Shown: in pieces, positions 46,422 through 56,800 of the stretch
Layout: each line of letters begins with the position of its first letter
Numbering within the stretch: position 1 is the first letter of the stretch
NCBI GenBank assembly: GCA_020184695.1
Contig: JAANOX010000033.1
Coordinates: 62,001-126,000 of the forward strand
Reading direction: 5' to 3'
Source of the DNA: Histomonas meleagridis 2922-C6/04-290x
Taxonomy: Eukaryota > Protista > Parabasalia
Length of the DNA stretch: 64,000 nt
Notes under the pieces: model-generated
What the model was told of the DNA's origin: nothing
Database searches by the model: none
Seen by the model: only the letters and a program-made list of their open reading frames with translations
Translations under genes and position numbers: made by a program

Positions 46422-48789
46422 ATGGGAATATCTTCAAGTCAAAATATCGAAGAACAATTTAAACAAGACACTGAAACAGAAGAAAGTCAGGATATAATTT
46501 CACCCAAAGAATGTATCCAAAATTTACAACTGCTTGAAAAGTATATTTTTTCATTAAATGAAAACAATATTCAAGAGACATCTGAATCAACAATGAAATT
46601 ATTTAATAAAAGTTTCCCATATTCATGGCACCTTGTAATTTGTCGATTAATATTTGCTTCTTTTATTTCACAAAGAAAAAGCATTAACATATTTTTAGAT
46701 TATTTAAAACTAATCGATAAAAAAGAAGAAGAAATATTCGATCAAAGCTTTGATAGAATTCTTAATGTATTAACACAATTCATTCTTACATTAAATTCAC
46801 GCGAATCTGATTACGTTTTAATGAAAATGTATGAACAAAACATAGTTAATCAAAGCATTCTAAAAAGAAAAAGATCAATTTATTTTGCACAATTTTTATC
46901 CGATGAAACATTCAAAATGATCCAATATAATGAAATTAATTGGAATTTTAAGAATGTTATAAAAAATGTCAAAGAAAATGATTGGGAACTTCATAAGAAA
47001 TTAATTAAAGAAGGACATAATCCAAATGAAATTGCGAAAATAATTCGAAATGATGAAATAGAAAAACTTCAAGAAATATCATCACAAAATAATTTTGATT
47101 TTGATCAAATAATCGAACCATCACTTTATGAAAGATATTCATTTATTAATGAAGAAAATGTTTCGTTAATTGATTATGCAGCATTTTTTGGAGCAATTCA
47201 ATGTTTTAAATATTTACTTATGAACAATGCAAATGTAGAAAACACAGGTAAATATGCAATTGCAGGTGGAAATCTTGAAATTATTCATTTATGTCAGCAA
47301 AGTTGTGCAAAATTTAAAGATACATATGAAACAGCAATTCAATTTCATCAAAATGATGCTTTTAATTATCTTTATGAAAATAAAATTGAAGAAATTAATA
47401 ATTTAAATTATTTAGGAATTAGGTGTATTAAATATGATAATTATGAAATCTTTTCATTTTTGGAAAATGAGGGAATGGAAGTAGATACTATCATTATTAA
47501 CGAAACAATAAGAACTGGAAACATATTCTTTGCTAATTATTTTCTTGAAGGAAAAAGTTATCCAAAAAATAGCTTTTTTTTAAGTTTGAATTCAAGAAAT
47601 GTTGAATTCATACAATATTTAATTAAGAAAAAAGGATTTAATATTAATGAAAGAGATTTTCATGTTTGAATATAATTTTTAATATTTTATTTTAATTTTT
47701 TTTACACCTCTTATGTTTTGTACTCAAAATAATTATAGTGAAACAGTTAAATTACTTCTTGAACAAGAAGGAATTGATATTAATGCTAAGAATAATTATT
47801 TGTTTTATTTAATATTTATTAATATTTTTATATTTCTAAATATTATTTAGAAATTATTTAAATGATTCCAAACAGCACTTACTTTGGCATCTAAAGGAGG
47901 TAACATAGAAATAGTTAAATTACTTCTTGAACATGAAGGAATTGATATTAATGCTAAAGAGATTTATTTATTTTATTTTATATTTGTTTGCATAATTTAA
48001 TATTTCAAAATAATATTTGGAAAATATTTAAAATATTTAATACAGCACTTAATTGGGCATCTGAAAATGATTATACAGAAATAATTAAACTACTACTTGA
48101 ACATGAAGGAATTGATATTAATTCTAAAGATATTTATTTATTTTATTTAGATTTTATATTAATAATTTCATATTTCAAAATAATATTCGGAAATTATTTA
48201 AAATATTTTGGACATTACTTATGAGAGCATCTATAAATGGTTATACAGAAATAGTTAAATTACTTCTTGAACAAAATAGAATTGATATTAATGCTAAAGA
48301 TATTTATTTGTTTTATTATATGTTTATTTTAATAATTTTATATTTCAAAATAATATTCAGAAATTATTTAAATTATTTAGAACAGCACTTATGAATGCTT
48401 CAGAAAGGGGTCATACAAAATAGTTGAATTACTTCTTGAAAAAAAGGGAATTGATATTAATGCTAAAAACATTTATTTATTTTATTTAGATTTTATATTA
48501 GTAATTTGGCGTTTCAATATATTATTCGGAAATTGTTTGAATTTTTTTATACAGCACTTATGTTAGCAACCAAAGAATGTAAAACAGAAATAATTGAATT
48601 ACTTATTAAACAAAAAGGAATTGATGTTAATGCTCAAGATATTTCTTTATTTTATTTAAATTTTATATTAATAATTTGATGTTTTGAAATAATATTTGGA
48701 AAAAATTTAAAATATTTAAAACAGTACTCGATTATGCAATCAGAGGAGGTTACATAGAAATATATCATTACTTGAAAAGAAATTATTGA
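46422..48789 (+). CDS. DUF3447-type/ankyrin-repeat gene B: N-terminal ORF plus 7 ankyrin blocks separated by spacers; one 1-nt frameshift
   Basis: MGISSS start; shares NDWELHKKLIKEG.NPNEIAKIIRNDEIEKLQEISSQ...IEPSLYERYSF...LIDYAAFF with gene A. ACA codons at 47704, 47872, 48042, 48212, 48382, 48551, 48721; TGA at 48787-48789. Confidence 0.72.
47658..48720 (+). repeat. Seven AT-rich spacers (46, 78, then five of 80 nt) alternating with ankyrin blocks
   Basis: 47658-47703 (46), 47794-47871 (78), 47962-48041, 48132-48211, 48302-48381, 48471-48550, 48641-48720 (80 each). Confidence 0.95.
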
Positions 48790-48901
48790 GTAAAAATAGT
48801 TAGGAAATGATGAAAACAATAAGAAGATTCGTGTTTAGTATTTTCTTTTCCATAACTATTAGAATAATAAATACTTCCACTTATTCAATTTTATACATAA
48901 C

Positions 48902-48960
48902 TATTCAATAAAAAATGGGCAAAAAAATAATACAACTTTATTAAGCTGTGGCGTTTAATG
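48902..48960 (+). repeat. Direct repeat copy 2 (59 bp) of 45542-45599
   Basis: TATTCAATAAAAAATGGGCAAAAAAATAATACAACTTTATTAAGCTGTGGCGTTTAATG. Confidence 0.9.
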
Positions 48961-49872
48961 TAAGAAACGATAAAAGTTAACTTTAATACATTTTATAAGT
49001 GAATTAAATATATAATATCAATTTATTGAAAAAAAGTATCATAATATAGAGTGTTCGGAAAGCCTTTAGGTTCCCAAAACAGGGGAGACATTTTTGGCTT
49101 AATTTATTTTAATAATGCATAAATTGTGTTGTTAATATTTAGATTTATTGTTTATTAGTGTGAATGTACCATATGAATTACTATTTATTATACCGACATT
49201 TTATTTTTATGAAGTGTATTATAATGATATGTAACTTCATAACTAACATTTTCGAATTTAAATTGATAACTACCAGTACCATAAAATCGTAAAGAAAAGT
49301 TAGACATTGGTGAATGAATCCACTTGTAGGTATATGTTTAATATGATTGTGTGGTAATATGCAAAAGTTTTAATTCTTTAGCAATAGGAGAACCAGATCC
49401 TGAAACTTGAAAATAAACGCGATTCCCCATTGCCAAAGCAAAATCAAAAGATATTGTGATCTCATCACATGCATTACCAGGCTGCCTGGTGTATGGTTCA
49501 CTCTCGAGTGAATAAGAATTTTTGACCAGTATCTGAATCTCCATCAAGTGAAAATGAACAAAGATTTAAGTATTTTTTTTGATTTCATAATTCTATTAAA
49601 AGAGTGCTTTAAGTCAAATTAGAACTAATCATATTACTTCTTAAAAAAAGAGTGTAACATATTAATCTTCTTTGTTTAATATTGATTTAATGATTTAAAT
49701 AAAACTTTTGCATTATCTAAATTAAATAATATGTTTTACATACAATTATTTGGAACATCCAGAAATGATAAAATGAAAAGCTCAATTAAGCAATTGCTAA
49801 TTAGCCATTTTATTACAACAAAAAAGCATGATTTAAAAAACGGTTGAGGTGGCACTTTTATAGCCGATACTC

Positions 49873-49891
49873 GGCGGTTTGGCCAGCCTTT
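49873..49891 (+). promoter_or_regulatory. Trichomonad-type M3 (GGCGGTT) plus M5 (CCTTT) core promoter of RPS23
   Basis: GGCGGTT at 49873-49879 and CCTTT at 49887-49891, 5 nt before the ATG; matches the M3/M5 elements described for Trichomonas vaginalis. Confidence 0.65.
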
Positions 49892-49896
49892 TTCGA

Positions 49897-50331
49897 ATGG
49901 GAAAATCCAAAGCATGCGGTCGTCAGGCAGCTCGTAAGCTCCGTGTCGCACACAGAAACAACCTCTGGGCAAGCAAGAAATATAGGAAGAGGCAAAGTAC
50001 CACAATTTACAAGACACCATTAGAAGGTGTTGCTATGGCTTCAGGTATTGTTACTCAAAAGGTCGCTGTCGAAGCTAAGCAACCAAACTCTGCTATCCGT
50101 AAAGCTGTTCGTGTTCAACTCAAGAAGAATAGCAAAGTTATCACTGCTTTCGTTCCACGCGATGGTTCACTTCGTTTAATTGATGATAACGACCGTGTTC
50201 TTGTTGCTGGTCTTGGTCGTTCCAATCGTTCTGTTGGTGATCTTCCAGGAGTTCGTTTCCAAGTTATCAAAGTTGCAGGTTTCTCACTTCTTGCCTTATG
50301 GCTCGGAAAGAAGGAAAAGCCAAGGAGTTAA
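49897..50331 (+). CDS. RPS23: 40S ribosomal protein S23 (uS12)
   Basis: [15 protein letters not shown]...[17 protein letters not shown]...[15 protein letters not shown]...KEKPRS; ATG at 49897. Confidence 0.98.
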   Translation: MGKSKACGRQAARKLRVAHRNNLWASKKYRKRQSTTIYKTPLEGVAMASGIVTQKVAVEAKQPNSAIRKAVRVQLKKNSKVITAFVPRDGSLRLIDDNDRVLVAGLGRSNRSVGDLPGVRFQVIKVAGFSLLALWLGKKEKPRS

Positions 50332-50606
50332 ACACCTGGTAATAAATTGAAAATTTGATGATACATTATTTTGATTATTTTGAAATCTGAATAAACAAAT
50401 TTTTGTTTATTAAAAACAGTGAAAAGAAAGTTTGAATTCCATTTTCAAATTTGATGATGTCTTTATTTTTTTGAATTTGAAAAAGATGAAGATCAAATGA
50501 TAATATAATATAACACATCATTTTTGTTATTTCTTCCCAGACAATAGTGTTAGGCAATGATAAAAATTGATTTTGTTATTAAATTCATTGAATTTTTAGA
50601 TTATTA

Positions 50607-50840
50607 TCAAGGTTCTATACCTTCATTATATAATGGACTGTAGTCATTTTGTTCATCCTCAAAATCATTTTCATCACGGTTTCTACGGCATGATATAAAC
50701 TTGAAAAGAATTAATAATATGTAAAGCCCTATTATAACAAAATTGAAAATTTTTACAACCAGAAATGCTGTTGCTGTTGCAGGATCAAGTTTGCTGGGGT
50801 TATAGTTTGACTTTGTTTTAGCAAGACCATCAATCAACAT
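50607..50840 (-). CDS. Small single-pass membrane protein
   Basis: TM AFLVVKIFNFVIIGLYILLILF, basic then acidic tail with YSPL; an upstream in-frame MFLLLVYN (ATG 50888) is cut by TAA at 50864-50862. Confidence 0.55.
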   Translation of the reverse strand: MLIDGLAKTKSNYNPSKLDPATATAFLVVKIFNFVIIGLYILLILFKFISCRRNRDENDFEDEQNDYSPLYNEGIEP

Positions 50841-51060
50841 GTTCTTTATAAATAACGACCGTTAATTATATACCAAAAGCAAAAACATTTTCACAAGGAA
50901 ATGAAAAGCATGTTTGTATCTAAAATACACTGATACTTTACTGTTGGTTATTAAACTAACATTTTCTGGTTACACAATTATGATGTAAATCAATTTTGGA
51001 GTAAGGGCATAATTAGAATTAATATTATTTAAATAAAATTTGTACTTACAAATAGTTTAC

Positions 51061-53757
51061 TTATTCCTTTAATGCACTAAAAAGTAGTTTTAAGTTAGCT
51101 TGATCCGAAATGTTAATGCAAAACTCCGAAAACTTATCTAAATCATAAATATTTGTTTCTTTTGTCGCATTGTCATTACTTAGCGCTTCATTGTAAGCTT
51201 CAATGAATCCATTGTCTGTTCGAATTTTTTGAATTTGATATAATTGTCCAGAATCTAATCCGACCAAAACGCAATTCTTGCATGTTTGAACCATAGTCAC
51301 TGGTTTGTCCAATGTTATTTGCTGGAAATAGTTGATATTAAATGTTGTTAAATTGCAATCAGGAACAATTTCGAAAATGAGAAGTTTACCTTCCATCGTA
51401 CCAGAGAAAACAAAATTCAAATAAATTGAAATGGCCGATATATTATCAAAAAGTGTCGAAATTGAATTAAGTTTGAAAACGTTTTCATTTTGGTGAAAAG
51501 TATACAAATTCAATGTATTACTTCTATCGATAACCGCCGCGAAACTTGTGTTCATATCCAAAATTTTAATTTTTTCTGATTTAAGTAAAGTTTGCTTTGT
51601 TTCAATATTTATAACATCATTTTCTGTTATTAAGTACAAGTTGTTATTAAATGAAATAGATTTATGGAAATTATTAATTTCAAATGTTCTAATCAAATTA
51701 CAATATTGATCATAAACATAAATATTTGCATCTGAAAATGCATAATAAAATAAACCACACTTTTCTATAAAAAGTTTTGTATCTGTTTGTAAAATCATTT
51801 TTGATTGATCAAATTTATTTTTTCTCGAAAAGTATAAATAATTATCAATTGTATAAAACCAATTATCGTTATCAGTTTCTACAATTGATGAAACACCTAA
51901 TAACATTTTTGAATGGAATTCTGATGGACTAAAGAAAGCTTCTTTTATCGAATGAAATGTTAAGTAAAATAACGATGACGATACAAAAAGTGCATCAATA
52001 AACGGTTCGCAGTCCAAATATTGAATACTTTTGATGTTGCTTAGCAACGCCGGAAATTGTCCGCATATTAATACGTCTTCATCACAACTACAAAACTTTG
52101 TATGAAATCCTTTGTGATTAATTTTATGTTCCTCATTATTAGACAATGAGTAAGCATAAATTGCGTCTTTTCTTTCAAGACTTAAAAGATAATCAAATGA
52201 AAAAATTATATCAATTGGAGATACGCCTAAAATTCTTTTAACAAGTGTAAATGGTTCTAATGAATATATTATTATTTCATCATTTTTGGATATAGCTAAA
52301 TGATCTTTATCTATTGTAATGTTAATAATGTTCCGTGATATAAAACTTCGAATTTTATTCCCAAATATATCTAAAAAAATTATTTCATCATTTGTAACAA
52401 CTACAATGATTTCACCATTTGATGCTGCCAAATGAAAAACACCATCTAAATAAAATTCTGGTGATATAAAAAATTTGCTTTGAGAAACATGAACTGTTGA
52501 ACCGTTTTGGAGTACCCCAAAATAAACGGTCTTATCTTCGATGTTGAATAAAGAATTTGGAATTAAAGTTCCTTCTGTGTTAATTTCTTCTGTTTTATTT
52601 TTAGTTGATACTAAAATATGATCGCCAAAAGAAAATAATGAGAGAGCATCATCTGCAAGAATTTCTCTTTGAATTTTTAATGGGATCTTTTTTTGAATCT
52701 TGACAGTGGAATGTTCACAAAGTAAATAAAGAGAATTTCCGATATTAGTAACTTTCTTCGGTGGGCCTGTTGCTTTAAATGTTTTGATTTTATGGAAATT
52801 TTCCATAAGATAAGAATCTCCTGTTGTCGATCCTACAAATGCTAAAGAATGATTTAAAGATAGAATTACAAGAAGATCATGTATCTGCCCTACTTTCACA
52901 AACTGTATTGTTCCTTCATTTTCAAGACGTACTGTTCCATAATGTCCGTTTTCATCTATGTAGAGATAAACGTTCTCCTCAATGCAATCAAAGTTTTTAA
53001 TTCTTGATGGAGTGAAAATTGTGGCCGTAAGTAGATGTGGCTTGATATCTTTTTCGTAGTCAATTCTAGTGGCTACTTTACTTGCAAATGAAATAATCAT
53101 TGATACTTTTTCGGGAAGTAATGAAATGATCTTATATGTATCAGATGGAAGTTGAACTTCTTTTACTTCATCAACAGTGAAACCTAAAGAACCTAAAGAT
53201 ATATAACGAAGCTTTTTTATATCTGCAAATTCTGATGTAAGGATTACTAAATCTGTAACTTTGAAAACAGGACCAACAAATGTAAAGTCTAAAATCGCTT
53301 TGCATGGAATTGAAACAGGATAAGGTAAGCTTTTAAGGGTGCAATTTCCTGATATTGAATAAATTTCAAGGTGTTTTGGTGATAATTGCAGAACAAGATA
53401 ATTTGGATGTAGGGCATATTTAAGGTGAGCAAACAATGACTTGGAAGGATTAGGTACTAAAGAAAATTCTTGAACAGTTTCTCCTGAGAAATTGATTACC
53501 TTAGCTTGGAAATTTGTAAAAATAACAAGAATATTTGAATAAGATGCATAAGGATGATGAATTGGAATTAACATGTGGATTTGTTTTTCACATTCATATA
53601 CCGTATTATCTTCCATTTTTTCGTTAATTAAATAAAAATATAAAAGGTTTCCTTTTGAAATCGCTAAAACATCATCACCATTGGGAGTGAACATCCTAGC
53701 AACGACAGCACTAGAAATTGATGATGGTGCGAGAATTGATCTAATTCCAAAATTCAT
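51061..53757 (-). CDS. DDB1/CPSF-A/SF3B3-like multi-beta-propeller protein
   Basis: First ATG at 53757; N-terminus ILAPSSISSAVVARMFTPNGDDVLAISKGNLLYFY resembles the DDB1/Mms1 N-terminus; beta-rich about 900 aa. Confidence 0.6.
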   Translation of the reverse strand: MNFGIRSILAPSSISSAVVARMFTPNGDDVLAISKGNLLYFYLINEKMEDNTVYECEKQIHMLIPIHHPYASYSNILVIFTNFQAKVINFSGETVQEFSLVPNPSKSLFAHLKYALHPNYLVLQLSPKHLEIYSISGNCTLKSLPYPVSIPCKAILDFTFVGPVFKVTDLVILTSEFADIKKLRYISLGSLGFTVDEVKEVQLPSDTYKIISLLPEKVSMIISFASKVATRIDYEKDIKPHLLTATIFTPSRIKNFDCIEENVYLYIDENGHYGTVRLENEGTIQFVKVGQIHDLLVILSLNHSLAFVGSTTGDSYLMENFHKIKTFKATGPPKKVTNIGNSLYLLCEHSTVKIQKKIPLKIQREILADDALSLFSFGDHILVSTKNKTEEINTEGTLIPNSLFNIEDKTVYFGVLQNGSTVHVSQSKFFISPEFYLDGVFHLAASNGEIIVVVTNDEIIFLDIFGNKIRSFISRNIINITIDKDHLAISKNDEIIIYSLEPFTLVKRILGVSPIDIIFSFDYLLSLERKDAIYAYSLSNNEEHKINHKGFHTKFCSCDEDVLICGQFPALLSNIKSIQYLDCEPFIDALFVSSSLFYLTFHSIKEAFFSPSEFHSKMLLGVSSIVETDNDNWFYTIDNYLYFSRKNKFDQSKMILQTDTKLFIEKCGLFYYAFSDANIYVYDQYCNLIRTFEINNFHKSISFNNNLYLITENDVINIETKQTLLKSEKIKILDMNTSFAAVIDRSNTLNLYTFHQNENVFKLNSISTLFDNISAISIYLNFVFSGTMEGKLLIFEIVPDCNLTTFNINYFQQITLDKPVTMVQTCKNCVLVGLDSGQLYQIQKIRTDNGFIEAYNEALSNDNATKETNIYDLDKFSEFCINISDQANLKLLFSALKE

Positions 53758-53826
53758 TTCAATCCCATTTTGTGTCAACAAACTTAGTCAAAATAATAAA
53801 CGGATTTTGGATAAAAATGTCCGAAA

Positions 53827-53834
53827 AAAGTGAC
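53827..53834. promoter_or_regulatory. M2-like motif AAAGTGAC in a 115-bp bidirectional promoter
   Basis: Exact match between divergent ATGs at 53757 and 53873; the reverse complement also occurs at 58398-58405, upstream of SPO11. Confidence 0.5.
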
Positions 53835-53872
53835 GGCAATAAAATTAGGGTACCCCAAAACGGATTTCAATT

Positions 53873-56800
53873 ATGAGTGAAATTTTGGAATTTGTTGTTG
53901 ATTATTCCTCATCTACAACAGATTTCAAAGCACTCCTATCACCAGAATCAATTAAAAAAGCAGGGATAAAAAATAATTCATTTATAGAGATAATACATTC
54001 AAAGTTTTCTGTTTTAGCATCAGTATCTTCTTCTACAAATGTTTCGCCTCAGTCAATATTATTGTCTAGATCACTTAGAGTAAATTTGCGATGTTTTCTT
54101 GGAGAAAATGTTCAAATCAAAATTGTTAACGATATTCCAAAAGCAACATCAATTGAGTTTTCACCAATTCTAGACACTATAAAACCAATTAAAGGGCCAT
54201 ATTCCAAACTTCTTGAAGTTTCAAATATATCTTTTAATTCATTTCCAATTCGCCAAAACTTAGTTATTCCTTTTTATTGTCTTAATCGTATTATCGAATT
54301 CAAAGTTACAGAATGCACACCAAATGATGGATGTGTTATTACATCTCAAGACATCATCAAAGTAAGTGATACACCAGTTGAAAGGGATGGTGCTCCATGT
54401 TTTAGATCCACATCATATGATGATGTTGCAGGTTTAAACAACATAATATCTGAAATTCGATCAATAATCGAACCACCTTTAATTCAACATCGCTTATTTC
54501 AAACCAATTTTTCTCATGGTTTTCTTTTGTGTATGCCATCTGGATCAGGCAAAACATTTCTAGCGCAAGCGTTAAGGACGGAGACGCCAATAAACATAAT
54601 TTTGATCAAATGTTCCGAATTACTTGTTTCATTTGATGCGCTCACATCATTGAACGGTTATTTCAAAGAAATTATATCTAAACGTCCGTGTATCGGTTAT
54701 TTCGATGACTTTGATTTTGTCGCTACAAATTCCATTCCAAATGAAGACGAGGCGGATTCTAAACTTCCGGACGCATTACTAAATGGAATTGATCGCTTAC
54801 GTGAAATGAAGGGTGTATTGATAATTGCGACAACATCTAAATCAACAAAAATTCGATCAGATTTTATCCACAAAACGAGGTTTGATAAGGTTTTAACAGT
54901 CGGACGCCCGAATGAAAAGGAAAGACTTTCGATTTTGAAGATATTAACGAAATCAATGAATGTTAAAAATGGCTCACTTGAGAAAGTATCCGAAATAACA
55001 AATGGTAAAACGACAGCACAATTAAAAAGTATTATACGAAATTTGATTAATTCATCACTAACGAAATTTTTAACGAAAAATACAAAATCGATATTAAACG
55101 TCGATGATATTTTATCGATAATTGTTGATCATCCGAATGATATTATTCTCAATGAAATAAAATCGAAAACAAATAAAAATTATTCATCAGATGAATTCCA
55201 TGATAATCGAAAACGTTTATCATCGAATTATGATTATAATGATGACGAAGAAAGTGAAAATGATATGTTCCCAATACAAAGGAAAAAGTCGAAAGTTAAA
55301 GACGACCCTTTCAATAATGTAATTACAAAAAGGAAAAACTCCGAAAAAGATTCGTCTTTTTCAAGTTTCGGTGATAGTTCACATCGAAAAGATCCGTTTG
55401 GATTATTATCGAAGAAAGAAATTTTATCTTCGGAATCTGATTCGGATATTAAAAAGAAAAAGAAAAAATTTTCAGAAAATAAAAATAAAAAGAAAAGAAA
55501 AAACAAAAACCCTTTTGAAAATGAATCCGAAAATGAATACAATTCGGAAAAAAGAAATATTTCTTCAAAGTTCCCGAAAAGAAAACAAAACAAAAGCGAA
55601 ACATTTAAAGAAGATGAAAATGAAAATAAGAAAAATACATTCAAAAAGGATCCGTTTGGTTTCGTATCTAAACGAAATAAAACTGAATCAAGTTCAGATG
55701 AAGAAGAAAAAACTCCAAATAAGAAAAATCCATTTGCATCTAAAGCAAATAAAAATCAAATCGAATCATCAGAAAGTTCAAAAGAAGCAAAAAACAAAAC
55801 CAAAAGAAGAGATCCTTTTGCATCAGTGACAAATAGGAATCAAATTGATTCATCAAATTCAAGTGAAGAAGAAATCACTCAAAAGAAAAAACATGCAAAA
55901 AGAGAACAATTTTCAAATAAAAGCAAAATGAAATCATCAGAAAGTTCAAATGAAGAAACTGTTATGAAGAAAGCGCATGCTAAAAGGGATCCATTCGCTT
56001 CTGTTAAAAAGAAACAATTCAAATCTTCAGAAAGTTCAGAAGAAGTAAAACCTAAAAAGAATGCACTAAGAAAAGATCCGTTTGCATCTGTAATAAATAA
56101 GAATCGAAAGGAATTATCAGATTCAAGCGAAGAAGTAAAACCTAAAAAGAATGCACTAAGAAAAGATCCGTTTGCATCTGTTAAAAAGAATCAAATTGAA
56201 TCTTCAGAAAGTTCAGAAGAAGTAAAACCTAAAAAGAATGCAATAAGAAGAGATCCATTCGCTTCTGTTAATAAGAATCAAATTGAATCTTCAGATAGTT
56301 CAGAAGAAGTAAAACCTAAAAAGAATGCAATAAGAAGAGATCCGTTTGCATCTGTAACAAATAAGAGTCGAAAGGAATTATCAGATTCAAGCGAAGAAGA
56401 AGTAAAACCAAAGAATTTATCAAGAAGAGATCCTTTCGCTTCTGTTAAAAAGAATCAAATTGAATCTTCAGATAGTTCGGAAGAGTTTAGTGCAAAAATG
56501 AGTTCATCATATAAAAATCCATTTAAATCTGCAACAACAAATAAAACATCTGATTCAGGTGTAAAGGAAATTAAATCCAAAAGAAACAAAGATGATGCAA
56601 AGCAAAAGCAAAATGAAACACTAAAAAATAATTCTCGAAAAGATCCATTCGCGTTAGTAATAAAGAGAAATCAAAGCGAATCATCAGACTCAAGCGATGA
56701 AATTCCAATAAATAAATTGTCTGTCAAAAGAGATCCGTTCGCTTCTGTCACAAACAATCAAATCGAATCATCAGAAAGTCCTGACAAAATAAAACCTAAA

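Noticed and set aside
42843-48720. Ankyrin spacers as ordinary GT-AG or U12 AT-AC introns
   Set aside because: Most lack a usable GT/AG pair. AT..AC choices (GAT-ATT start to AC of ACA) remove 82 or 84 nt and break frame. An AT..AG option using ACAG (86 nt) is in frame, but 5 of 17 junctions lack that AG.
42843-48720. Matched-codon translational bypass (TTT at codon 4 to TTT/TTC before x-T) or a -1 frameshift after read-through
   Set aside because: Attractive, since codon 4 is TTT in 15/16, but three spacers have a stop at codon 3 and 11 of 16 have a stop in the upstream frame. Not excluded, only disfavoured.
42843-48720. CRISPR-like array or IES-type excision between TA/TATTT direct repeats
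   Set aside because: The alternating units are protein-coding ankyrins and related spacers, with no cas genes. The TATTT repeats are 69 nt apart, so their excision would break frame.
49338-49547. 69-aa ORF with a small ACCAGG/CCTGGT hairpin
   Set aside because: No recognisable family, and a 6-bp stem is expected by chance.
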